Shown: positions 1 to 9,377 of the stretch, piece after piece
Numbering within the stretch: position 1 is the first letter of the stretch
How the letters are laid out: each line of letters opens with the position of its first letter
Assembly: GCA_963723515.1 (NCBI GenBank)
Contig: CAVRQT010000002.1
Location: 736,001-800,000 of the forward strand
Reading direction: 5' to 3'
Length of the DNA stretch: 64,000 nt
Source: Vulcanimicrobiota bacterium
Lineage (GTDB): Bacteria > Vulcanimicrobiota > Vulcanimicrobiia > Vulcanimicrobiales > Vulcanimicrobiaceae
Notes under the pieces: generated by a model
The model's database searches: none
The model's input: only the letters and a program-made list of their open reading frames with translations
What the model was told of the DNA's origin: nothing
Made by a program: the position numbers and the translations under genes

Positions 1-509
1 GGATCTTTGCGGAAGAACTGCGGTTCAACCGGCAATGCCGCCGTGTGATAAATGATCTGGTAGAAGCTGCGAGTCGAGATGTCCACGGAAGGCGGCGCGA
101 TCAGCTCGTTCATCGCGTAGGCTACCCCAAACGCGCAGATCCCAAAGAGCAGCGGCGTCAAACAGATGCGCCACAGCGAGATGCCGGCGGTTCGCAACGC
201 ATTGATCTCGTTGTCTGCGGAAAGGCGGCCAATCGCTAAAAGCGTTGCAAAGAGCGCCGCAAAGGGAAACGCAAGTGGAATGCTTTGCGGAATCCTAAAG
301 AGCACGAACCGCAAAACTAAGAAAAACGGCGCGTGGGCGTTGATCAGAAAGTCGGCGGCCAGATAGAAGATATTGACGCCCCAAAACAACAGAAACGCGA
401 AGAACGCAAAGCAGAATGGCCCGACGAACTCGCGCAACAGATACGAGTCCATCAACGGAATCCGGATCAAGGGGCGTGGAAGCGTAGCGGCGTGCGCGGC
501 CGTCGCCAT
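1..509 (-). CDS. LptF/LptG family LPS export permease (5' part; runs off the window)
   Basis: Own translation (not in ORF track): MATAAHA...MDSYLLREFVGPFCFAFFAF...PLAFPFAALFATLLAIGRLSADNEINALRTAGISLWRI, the typical YjgP/YjgQ N-terminal pattern. Confidence 0.85.
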   Translation of the reverse strand, partial: MATAAHAATLPRPLIRIPLMDSYLLREFVGPFCFAFFAFLLFWGVNIFYLAADFLINAHAPFFLVLRFVLFRIPQSIPLAFPFAALFATLLAIGRLSADNEINALRTAGISLWRICLTPLLFGICAFGVAYAMNELIAPPSVDISTRSFYQIIYHTAALPVEPQFFRKD

Positions 510-523
510 GAACTTAGTCTAGT

Positions 524-1012
524 CTAGTAGCTGCGGTAAGCGTTGAGCACGCGCGCAACGTAGGCGCGCGTTTCAGCATACGGCGGCACGCCGTGATAGC
601 TGTCGACCGCCGCAGGGCCTGCGTTATATGCTGCCACCGCCAAGGTCACATTATTGCCGTACCGCGCCAGCAGATCGTGCAGATATCGCGTTCCTCCATC
701 GACGTTGGCGCGCGGATCGAACGGATTCGCGACGCCGTAGGTGGCGGCGGTACCAGGCATCAATTGCATGAGACCTTGAGCGCCTGCGGGGCTGATTGCG
801 CTCGGGTTGCCGCCCGACTCCGCCATGACGATAGCACTGGCCAAGGCCGGCGGTACGCTATTTCGGGCGGCGGCTTCGCCGACGATCGTTTGAAGCTCGA
901 CGGGCGCAAGCGCGTGCGGAGCATAGGGCAAGTAACCCGCGTCACTGCAGCCATATAAGAAGGTAAGTAAAAGTGCTGCGTACGCAGACTTTCGGATCTT
1001 CATGCGCACCAT
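524..1012 (-). CDS. SLT-domain lytic transglycosylase, probable lipoprotein
   Basis: ES, GAQGLMQLMP and AAYNAGP motifs; LYGC lipobox-like signal; start at 1012 or 1003, not 1204. Confidence 0.9.
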   Translation of the reverse strand: MVRMKIRKSAYAALLLTFLYGCSDAGYLPYAPHALAPVELQTIVGEAAARNSVPPALASAIVMAESGGNPSAISPAGAQGLMQLMPGTAATYGVANPFDPRANVDGGTRYLHDLLARYGNNVTLAVAAYNAGPAAVDSYHGVPPYAETRAYVARVLNAYRSY

Positions 1013-1093
1013 AGGGACTGTGGATAGCCCCTTTACTCCCGACCCGCGTCGTCGCCCTGCGTAGAACGATAAGCCCTCGGCTCTAAAGGCCGC

Positions 1094-1122
1094 TTGCATC
1101 GCCCCTCGCAGGGGCGTATAGT
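1094..1122 (+). promoter_or_regulatory. sigma70-type dcw promoter
   Basis: TTGCAT(1094-1099)-N17-TATAGT(1117-1122) upstream of mraZ. Confidence 0.7.
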
Positions 1123-1146
1123 GGAGCAAAGTGGTGCCTCGTGGTG
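1121..1146 (+). promoter_or_regulatory. MraZ binding boxes
   Basis: GTGGAG-N4-GTGGTG-N4-GTGGTG with 10-bp period, overlapping the -10/TSS; matches known GTGG(A/T)G MraZ operators. Confidence 0.85.
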
Positions 1147-1162
1147 TGCTGAGGAGGGCTTC

Positions 1163-1606
1163 ATGCACGCGGACTTGCCGCGTTTTTCGGGCTTCGTCGA
1201 GCATGCCCTTGACGACAAGGGCCGTCTCATCGTGCCCGCCCGCTTTCGCGAGCGCCTCGGAACCGGCTTCGTGCTGACGGTCGCCCCGCCCGATCCATGC
1301 CTAGCGCTCTACCCGCAGGGACAATGGGATATCTTCTGCAGCCGCTTGCAATCGGCGCCCCGCAAGGATGAGCAGTACCGCCGGATGGTCCGCCATCTTT
1401 TTTCGCACACGGAAGAAGTTGCATGCGATACGCAAGGCCGGCTCGTCATTCCGGCAACGCTGCGCTCGTACGCCGGCATCGAGCGCGATGTCGTCTCGAT
1501 TGGGTCGATGACCCGCATCGAGATTTGGGCGAAGGAGCGGTTCGCCGCGCATTCGGAGCCCAAGGGCGAGGTCGGCGATTTCATGGCTGAGCTGGGCCTC
1601 TACTAG
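1163..1606 (+). CDS. mraZ: division/cell wall cluster transcriptional repressor MraZ
   Basis: Two repeats (DDKGRLIVP, DTQGRLVIP), IEIW motif; GAGGAG RBS before ATG 1163. Confidence 0.97.
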   Translation: MHADLPRFSGFVEHALDDKGRLIVPARFRERLGTGFVLTVAPPDPCLALYPQGQWDIFCSRLQSAPRKDEQYRRMVRHLFSHTEEVACDTQGRLVIPATLRSYAGIERDVVSIGSMTRIEIWAKERFAAHSEPKGEVGDFMAELGLY

Positions 1607-1771
1607 TGGGTCGTCTCCGACATAGCTTTACAGTCATGGCGCCGCTTCTGCGCCACAGCTTCGTTCCCGCGCACCTTAAATGGCGCTGCCATTCCGCGGT
1701 ACGCAGCGCCTCGCTGCGGCGCAGAATCGACACCATTTCGTGCAAACCTATGGCGGAGCCGACCCACTAGT
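1602..1771. ncRNA. candidate long rod-shaped structured RNA (or MITE) between mraZ and rsmH
   Basis: 12-bp perfect terminal inverted repeat ACTAGTGGGTCG/CGACCCACTAGT and nested stems through the whole 170 nt. Confidence 0.55.
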
Positions 1772-1791
1772 GTGCCGGTTTCTCTTCGCCG

Positions 1792-2655
1792 ATGACTCAT
1801 GTACCGGTTCTGCGTGCGCAAGCGCTCGAGTTCTTGGCGGTGCGCCCAGATGGCATCTATGTCGATGCAACCTTCGGCGCGGGCGGCCATACGAAAGAGA
1901 TCTTGAAACGCATGGCTTCCGGGCGGCTCATTGCTATCGATCTCGATCCCTCATGCCAGCACCGCTTCGAACATCCGGCGCTCACTTTTGTGCGCGACAA
2001 CTTTCGCAACCTCGATCGAATTCTCGATGCGCACGAGATAGCGCAAATCGATGGGGTGCTTTTCGACTTAGGGGTCTCCTCGATGCAGTTTGATCTTCCT
2101 GAACGCGGCTTTTCGTTTCGAGAAGCCGGCCCATTGGATATGCGCATGAACACGGCCGCGGGCGCGAGCGCTTACGACATTCTCGCAACTGCCAGTGAAT
2201 CTGAACTCGCCGATATCTTCTTCAGATATGGGCAGGAGCGAGCGAGCCGTAGACTCGCGCACGCGGTCGTACTCCGGCGCAAAGCGGGAGCGCTCCCCAC
2301 GACGACCACGGAATTTGCCTCGCTCGTCAGCGGCGTGCTGCACCGCTCAGGGCATCGAGAGCGGATCCATCCGGCGACGCGGGTCTTTCAAGCGCTGCGC
2401 ATCGCGGTCAACGACGAGCTGCAGTCATTGCGCGAAGGGTTGCAAGCGGCGGCCGGCCGGCTTCGCGCTACAGGCCGCATCGTCGCGATCAGCTTTCATT
2501 CGCTGGAAGACCGCATCGTCAAGAACGCATTTCGTGACGATCGCCGCCTCAACGTTCTAACGCGCAAGCCGATCGTTCCCTCGGCGGATGAAATCGCGGA
2601 GAATCCACGCGCGCGCAGTGCAAAACTACGCGCCGCCGAGCGAAAAGCAAGCTAA
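1792..2655 (+). CDS. rsmH: 16S rRNA m4C1402 methyltransferase RsmH (MraW)
   Basis: HVPVL, DATFGAGGH, DLGVSSMQ, PLDMRM, FQALRIAVN, SFHSLEDR, NPRARSAKLR. Confidence 0.98.
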   Translation: MTHVPVLRAQALEFLAVRPDGIYVDATFGAGGHTKEILKRMASGRLIAIDLDPSCQHRFEHPALTFVRDNFRNLDRILDAHEIAQIDGVLFDLGVSSMQFDLPERGFSFREAGPLDMRMNTAAGASAYDILATASESELADIFFRYGQERASRRLAHAVVLRRKAGALPTTTTEFASLVSGVLHRSGHRERIHPATRVFQALRIAVNDELQSLREGLQAAAGRLRATGRIVAISFHSLEDRIVKNAFRDDRRLNVLTRKPIVPSADEIAENPRARSAKLRAAERKAS

Positions 2656-3089
2656 TGGTCGCGCCGCGACTCATCGAGAAACCGCGCGTACGCAACGTGC
2701 GCACTGCACGCGTCGCGGCGGTTCAGCGCCGGAACCGGCCCGCGAACATGCGATGCGCAGCGCTGCAGCGCTTCTTCATCCTGTTCACGGTCATACTGGC
2801 TTTCTTGATCGGATACGTGATGCTGATCTCCGATCTCACGGGCCTCGATTACGCCGTCGCGCGCGCCGAAGCCCAACGCGTCGCACTGCAAGACGAAACC
2901 GCGCGACTCGACGACCGCATCGCACTGTTGCGTTCGCAAGAACGCCTCGCTGCGATCGCTGCTGAGTTCGGCATGAAGGATGCGCAGCAGTTCGCGATCG
3001 TCACCGTACCGCCGTCGCAGCAGCCTCGCGCGCCGCATCCACGCCTAGCGTGGCTTTCGACCTTCGGTTCACTCGGAACAACCCACTAA
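2655..3089 (+). CDS. ftsL: FtsL-like cell division protein
   Basis: Single TM followed by a coiled coil; canonical position between rsmH and ftsI. Confidence 0.65.
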   Translation: MVAPRLIEKPRVRNVRTARVAAVQRRNRPANMRCAALQRFFILFTVILAFLIGYVMLISDLTGLDYAVARAEAQRVALQDETARLDDRIALLRSQERLAAIAAEFGMKDAQQFAIVTVPPSQQPRAPHPRLAWLSTFGSLGTTH

Positions 3090-3113
3090 AGTGCGCCACT
3101 AGTTCTTTTTTAA

Positions 3114-4890
3114 TTGCATCCGAGAACATTCACGCGCATCGGTCCGCTTCGTGCGAAGCTGATCTTTTACGGCGTCTTCGCGATCGCGCTCTTCCTGACG
3201 TGGCGGCTTTGCGATTTTCAGATCATTCAAGGGCCCGTGCTTGCCAAAGAGGCGCTCGAACAGCGTTCCAACACGATCGAAGTTTTCGCTCGGCGCGGCA
3301 ACATCTACGACAAGGACGGCAACGTTCTGGTCCGGTCGTTGCCCTCTGAAAGCATTTATGCTGTTCCCAGCCAGCTAAGCGATCCTGACGCAACCGCGCG
3401 AAAATTAAGCGCGATACTAGGAACCCTCGGACCGGCGGTGATTTCGGGCTTACACGATCGTCATTTACAGTTCACGTGGGTCGCGCGCAAAGTTTCGACG
3501 GACGTTGCGGCACGGGTGCGCGCTGCAAATCTGGAAGGGATCGATTTTAAAGCGGAGGATACCGGGCGCCGTTACGATACCGTTGGCCATCTCGCATCGA
3601 CGGTGCTTGGCTTTGTCGGCATCGACGAAAACGGGCTCGACGGCGTCGAATATCAATACGATTCACTCCTGCGCGGGGACACCGGACGCATCTCGCTTGA
3701 AACCGACCAGTTCAAACGCCCGATCCCCTTCGGCGACCAGATCGTGTTGCGGCCGGCGAAGCCCGGGTACAGTGTCGCCCTCACGATTGACTCGTATTTG
3801 CAGTACCAAACGGAGCGCGTGCTCGCCGAACAGGTCAAAGAATTTTCTGCGGAAAGCGGCAGTGCGCTGGTCATGGACCCATGGACCGGCGCAATTTTGG
3901 CGCTGGCCAACGTTCCCGACTACCAGCCGAACGATTTTTCACATGCGTCGCCGGATGCGCGGCGGGATCGGGCGGTCATGGATGCCTATGAGCCCGGCTC
4001 AACATTTAAGCTCGTGACGGCCGCCGCGGCGCTCGAAAGCGGCGCGGTGACGACCGAATCTCGGTTTCCCGCGCGCGACAGTTTGGAGATTGGCGGCCGC
4101 GTGCTGCATAACGCGGAAGATGGGTTCATGGCCGGAACCGGCGGCAGTGAAACGCTCGAGCAAATCATCGAATACTCCCACAATATCGGGGCCGCAGAAG
4201 TCGGCTTACGCATCGGCGCACATCGGCTTTACAACATGATCCGCAACGCGCAGTTCGGCGAGCCCACGCAAATTGGATTGCCTGGCGAAAACCCCGGCAT
4301 CGTGCCGGCGCTCAACGATTGGAGCTCCTCATCGTTACCCACAATCGCCTTTGGGCAAGGCGTCTCTGTGACACCGCTCGCGCTCGCGCGGTTTTACGCG
4401 GCAATTGCGAACGGCGGCGTCTTACTGCGTCCGCGGATTCTCTCGGCAATCTTCGACGAACATGGGAACGTGATCTATCGTTACGGTCGCGAGGTCGAAC
4501 ATCGCATCTTCTCGCGCCGGACCGCGGCGACGCTGCGCCGATTCTTGCGGTCGGTCGTCTTGCGCGGGCACTGGTGATCCGACCGCACAGATTCCGGGCT
4601 ACACCACGGCCGGAAAGACCGGGACGGCGCAAGTCGTTGAAAACGGCGATTATGCGCCCGGCGAGTACGTCGCGTCCTTTGTCGGAATGGTGCCGGCCGA
4701 ACATCCGCGGTACTTGATTCTTGTTAAAGTCACAAAACCGCGCGGCGCGATCTACGGGAGCGTCGTTGCGGCGCCAGGGTTTGCCAAGATCGCGATGATT
4801 GCAATGCTCCACGCGGGAGTATTGCCAAACGTGCCGTCGCCCTCGCCCGCGCCGGTTCGCTTGGTTCGCCGGGTCAAAAAGGCGAACTAG
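3114..4890 (+). CDS. ftsI: class B penicillin-binding protein FtsI/SpoVD-like (frameshift near 4570, probably an error)
   Basis: RGNIYD, EPGSTFK (SxxK), SHN (SxN); the KTGTAQ motif is in the shifted frame, which ends at 4890. Confidence 0.9.
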
Positions 4891-4896
4891 CCCGCC

Positions 4897-6319
4897 GTGG
4901 CTTCAGCGGCACCATCATTTCCCGCGACAGAAATCGTGCGCGGCGCTTCCGCTTTGACGGTTGACTCTCGCAGCGCATCCGAGGGTGCAATCTTTGTGGC
5001 GATGCGCGGCACGCGTACGGACGGACATCGGTTCATCGACGACGCGATTGCGCGCGGTGCTCGCACGATCGTCATGGAGGAGCGCCGTGAATTGCCACCG
5101 GGCGTGCGCGGCTTCATCGTTGCGGATTCGTCGCAGGCCCTTGCGGAGCTCGCCAGCGCGTTTTACGGCGCGCCTGCGTCCGGACTGACGCTGATCGGCG
5201 TCACGGGAACGAACGGCAAGACCACAACCGCGCACATGATTGCATCGATCTTCAATGCGTCCGGAAAGTGCACCGGTGTCGTCGGTACGCTCGGCGCATC
5301 GTTGCCGAATTACCACCTGCCGCTCAAGAACACGACGCCGCTTGCGCATGAGCTGCACAAGACACTCGCCGATTTACGTCAACACGGCGCGCAAACGGTC
5401 GTCTTGGAAGTCAGTTCCCATGCGCTTGCGCTTGGGCGCGTTGCAGGCCTTCGGTTCGCCGTCGCGGCCTTGACGAACGTCACACGCGACCATCTCGACT
5501 TCCACGGCACATTTGAATCCTATGCGACGGCAAAGCGCGCGCTCTTCGGTGCATGCGAGCGCGCCGTCTTCAACGTTGACGATGAATGCGGAGCAGCGTG
5601 GGCCGGAAGCTTCGATGCGTCACGAACCCTGACATACTCGCTGCGCTCTCATGCTGATTTCGTCGCGGAAGATATTGCGTTGCGCAGCGACGGCTGCGGC
5701 TTCTCCGTCGATGGCATCCGGTTCGAAATTCCGATCGCCGGCCGATTCAACGTTGCCAATGCGCTCGCCGCAATAGCCGTAGCGCGCGCTTTGGATGTTC
5801 CACTCCCGTCCGCCGCACGGGGCTTGCGCGAATTGCATGCTGTGCGCGGGCGAATGGAAGCGCTTCAACCAAGTGGGCTGCAGGTCTTCATCGACTACGC
5901 GCACACGCCGGACGCACTTTCTGCCGCGCTCCGCTCGTTGCGCGAGCTCAGGCCGAAGAGGCTGACCGTGGTCTTCGGTTGCGGCGGTGATCGCGATCAG
6001 GGAAAGCGCGCGCAAATGGGCGCGATTGCGGCACAACTCGCAGATCACGTCATCGTGACGTCCGATAACCCTCGCAGCGAAGCGCCCGCCGCTATTGCCG
6101 ATGCCATCCTCACAGGGATCGGATGCCGCGAAACATGAGGTGATTTTGGATCGGCGTCAGGCGATAGAACGTGCCATTGAACGCGCAGACCTTAACGACA
6201 TCGTGCTCGTTGCGGGTAAGGGGCATGAAGCTTATCAGATCATCGGCGAGCGAGTCGTCCCGTTCGACGATCGGCAGATTGCTGCCGATGCGCTACGCCG
6301 CCGAAGTGACGGAACCTAA
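4897..6319 (+). CDS. murE: UDP-MurNAc-tripeptide ligase MurE, meso-DAP type (frameshift near 6125)
   Basis: GVTGTNGKTT, EVSSH, DYAHTPD, FGCGGDRD, DNPR; AGKGHE C-terminus in the next frame. Confidence 0.95.
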
Positions 6320-7695
6320 TGTCGCTCAGCTTCGCGGAAGCGGTTGACGCAGTGAATGCAAAGCCGCCGGCAAAACGCAATGGTCCTTCCCAAGTCGTCG
6401 TCTCCACGGATACGCGTACCATTCATACCGGAGAGACGTTCTTAGCGCTTCGTGGCGAGCGGTTTGACGGTCATCAGTTTGTCGACGCTGCACTGCAGCG
6501 CGGTGCGGCCGCGTTGATCGTTGAAGAGCCGCCAAAGGAGTCGCACGGCGTTCCCGTTCTCGTTGTCGACGACACACTATCGGCTTATATGAAGCTGGCG
6601 GCTGTCGCCCGCGCGAAGTTGCGCGCCACGATCGTTGCGATCACCGGCAGCAATGGAAAGACGACGACGAAGGCGCTCTTAGGCCAGTTGCTGCAGCGAA
6701 ATTTTGGCAACGCGATTGCCGTTTCGCCGTCGAACGAAAACAATGAGATCGGCGTCAGCAGGTTGTTCTTGAACGCGCCGATTGATGCGCGCGTCATCGT
6801 TGTCGAAATGGGGGCGCGGCATTATGGCGACATCGCGACGCTGGTCAACATCGCGCGGCCCGATATCGGTGTCTTGACGAACGTGCGTGAAGCACATCTC
6901 GAAATCATGCAGACGCCGGAACGATTAGCGCAAACAAAGTGGGCGCTGTTTTCAACCGGCGCGCGTGCGGTACTCAACGCGGGCGATGGAGTGTCGCGGG
7001 AGCGCGCCGCTACACTTGAGCGCCCACCGCGATGGTTCGGCGCCGGAAATATTGCGTGGCCTCAGATGCACAAAGGAGAATCGGGCGTCTTTTTCGTTGA
7101 TCGGCAGACGCTTCGACTCGTCGAAGGCGGTCGTGAAACGACGTACGAGGTGAATGTGAATCTGCCGGGCGACTACAACTTAGAGAATCTCGCCGCAGCG
7201 ACTGCGGCCGCGCTGGAAGTGGGTTGCGAACCGCAATCTCTCCTGGGACAACTTGCGCAGCTCACGTTGCCGGCTGGCCGCTACGAGACGATTTGCATTC
7301 CGAATCGTCCCCGAATCATCTTCGATGCGTATAATGCGTCGCTAAGCGCAATGATGGCGACGCTTGATGCTTTCGCGAAGGAAAATGCGCGCCTGAAGAT
7401 TGCGGTCTTAGGAAGTATGGCCGAATTGGGGGATGCGTCGGCGGAATTTCACCGGCAAGCCGGCGCGCATGCCGCAACGGCGGGCATCGGCTACCTCCTA
7501 GTAGGTGGAGAGAATGCCGGCGATCTGCGACGCGGCGCCCAAAGCGCGGGTTTTAGCGCGGATCGCATCATCGAATTTAAAACGAATGGTGAAGCGGCGC
7601 AGTGGATTGGCGAGCATGCGACTCCAAGCGATGTCGTCTTCCTCAAAGGATCTCGCCGCTACAAACTTGAGGAGATCATCGAGGCGTTGCGTTAG
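6319..7695 (+). CDS. murF: UDP-MurNAc-pentapeptide ligase MurF
   Basis: DTR, ITGSNGKTTTK, NNEIG, EMG, DAYNA, MAELG, KGSR. Confidence 0.96.
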   Translation: MSLSFAEAVDAVNAKPPAKRNGPSQVVVSTDTRTIHTGETFLALRGERFDGHQFVDAALQRGAAALIVEEPPKESHGVPVLVVDDTLSAYMKLAAVARAKLRATIVAITGSNGKTTTKALLGQLLQRNFGNAIAVSPSNENNEIGVSRLFLNAPIDARVIVVEMGARHYGDIATLVNIARPDIGVLTNVREAHLEIMQTPERLAQTKWALFSTGARAVLNAGDGVSRERAATLERPPRWFGAGNIAWPQMHKGESGVFFVDRQTLRLVEGGRETTYEVNVNLPGDYNLENLAAATAAALEVGCEPQSLLGQLAQLTLPAGRYETICIPNRPRIIFDAYNASLSAMMATLDAFAKENARLKIAVLGSMAELGDASAEFHRQAGAHAATAGIGYLLVGGENAGDLRRGAQSAGFSADRIIEFKTNGEAAQWIGEHATPSDVVFLKGSRRYKLEEIIEALR

Positions 7696-8403
7696 GTGAG
7701 CCGCCCGCTCGTGCTTGAAAGGCCGCAAAGGTTGCAGGGCGTCGTTGCGATTCCCGTGCGCACGCGGGTCGTTCAGCCGGGCGATGATTTCTTGACGACC
7801 GTTGCGGATGCGGTACGTGGAATCGCTGTAGCGGGCGACGTCGTGGCCGTCTCTGAAACTGCGCTCGCCATCGCGCAAGGCCAGACGCTGCCGGCGCAGG
7901 CGGTGCGTCCATCGAACCTCGCGCACTTCATCTGCCGCTACGCCGCACCGCTGGCGACGGTGAATCAGCCGGAGTCGCTGCAAATCGTCATCGATCGCGT
8001 TGGGGCGCCCAAAGTCGTTTTGGCATGCGTCGCGCAAGTGCTGGGCCGGCTCGTTGGGCAGCGCGGACTTTTCTATCGCGTTATGGGACCCGCGCTTACC
8101 GCCATCGACGGATATACCGGCACGATGCCGCCGTTCGACCGCGTGATCGTCTTTGAACCCCACGAGCCCGATGCATTTGCGCAATCGTTTTTCGAACGTA
8201 CCGGCATCGACTGCGCGATCGCCGACGCAAACGACCTCACACCGGCAAAGCTCTTGGGTGCTTCGCGCGATGTAGCGCGCGAGGTTGTCGCTCGTGCACT
8301 CGATGAAAATCCACACGGTAATTCGGACGAGCAAACGCCGATTGTCGTACTGAAGTGGCGGGGCGAGGGAGCCAGTCCGCTACGCGTGAGCGAGACGGCG
8401 TGA
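7696..8403 (+). CDS. F420-0:gamma-glutamyl ligase (CofE/DUF129) superfamily protein
   Basis: IPVRTRVVQPGDD, GDVVAVSE..AIAQG, DANDL, NPHGNSDEQTPIVV motifs; abuts murF and overlaps the mraY start. Confidence 0.8.
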   Translation: MSRPLVLERPQRLQGVVAIPVRTRVVQPGDDFLTTVADAVRGIAVAGDVVAVSETALAIAQGQTLPAQAVRPSNLAHFICRYAAPLATVNQPESLQIVIDRVGAPKVVLACVAQVLGRLVGQRGLFYRVMGPALTAIDGYTGTMPPFDRVIVFEPHEPDAFAQSFFERTGIDCAIADANDLTPAKLLGASRDVAREVVARALDENPHGNSDEQTPIVVLKWRGEGASPLRVSETA

Positions 8404-9377
8404 GCTGGTCGAGCATACTGTTGGCCGTTGCGTTCGGCTTTGCGATCACATTGGCGGCAGGTGCGCTGCTGTTGCGTTTGCTGCCTCGGTTCCAACTGCG
8501 ACAGACTGCGTATGAAGATGCGCCGCGAACGCATCAAAGCAAGACTGGGACGCCGACGATGGGCGGCCTTGCAATTCTCGCGGCGATGATCCCGCCGTTG
8601 ATTCTGTTCGCGTCGAGTGATCGTCTCGGCGAGGCGCTCGTATTGCTCGTCTTCGCTTGCGCCGCAATCGGCTGTCTCGATGATTATCTCGGGACGCGTA
8701 AAGGAAAGGCGCGCGGCCTTCGCGCGCGCACGAAGTACCTTGCTACGGCACTTGCGGCGGTCATTTTCTTACGGTACGTTTCGGCCGTGCTGCCTCACAC
8801 CGGCAGCGCCTATCCGCTCTTTTCAGCGGGCACGCTGACCCTGAACGCACCGCTTTGGTTGTGGCTCACGCTTGGCACGCTCGCCATCACGGGCACGATT
8901 CACGCCGTTAACCTGACGGATGGGCTCGATGGTTTAGCGGCGGGCGCGATCGTCGCGCCGCTCGCTGCAACGTTCGCGATTGCGGTTTCTTTCCACGAGT
9001 TCACCGCAACGGGCTGGCCGCTCTTGCTGTTGCTTGCCATCGGCGCCTGTCTCGGATTCCTCGTATATAACTACCATCCGGCCAAGATGTTCATGGGCGA
9101 CACGGGGTCGCTAGCGCTCGGTGCGCTGCTCGCCGGGGCTGCGATCTTGAGCGGCGAGATGCTCATGCTGATCCTTATCGGCGGCGTCTTCGTCGCTGAA
9201 GCGCTTTCGGTCATCCTGCAAGTGGCGTATTTCAAGTTGACGCACCGCCGAATCTTTCGGATGAGCCCGCTTCATCATCACTTTGAGCTTGGCGGATTGA
9301 ACGAACCAATCGTCACGCTTCGCTTTTGGACAGCCTCGATCGTCTGCTCACTTGTCGGATGGGCAGTCGTTCGATGA
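8400..9377 (+). CDS. mraY: phospho-MurNAc-pentapeptide transferase MraY
   Basis: KTGTPTMGG, LDDY, NLTDGLDGL, FMGDTGS, MSPLHHHFE; GTG start in a GTGA overlap. Confidence 0.97.
   Translation: MSWSSILLAVAFGFAITLAAGALLLRLLPRFQLRQTAYEDAPRTHQSKTGTPTMGGLAILAAMIPPLILFASSDRLGEALVLLVFACAAIGCLDDYLGTRKGKARGLRARTKYLATALAAVIFLRYVSAVLPHTGSAYPLFSAGTLTLNAPLWLWLTLGTLAITGTIHAVNLTDGLDGLAAGAIVAPLAATFAIAVSFHEFTATGWPLLLLLAIGACLGFLVYNYHPAKMFMGDTGSLALGALLAGAAILSGEMLMLILIGGVFVAEALSVILQVAYFKLTHRRIFRMSPLHHHFELGGLNEPIVTLRFWTASIVCSLVGWAVVR

Noticed and set aside
1602..1771. Canonical 6S RNA call for the mraZ-rsmH hairpin
   Set aside because: Length fits, but the bubble is one-sided (2 versus 22 nt) and the apical stem is short; not assignable without a covariance search
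4562..4577. TGA ending the ftsI ORF as another selenocysteine codon
   Set aside because: The conserved continuation (KTGTAQ) is in a different frame, so this is an indel rather than read-through
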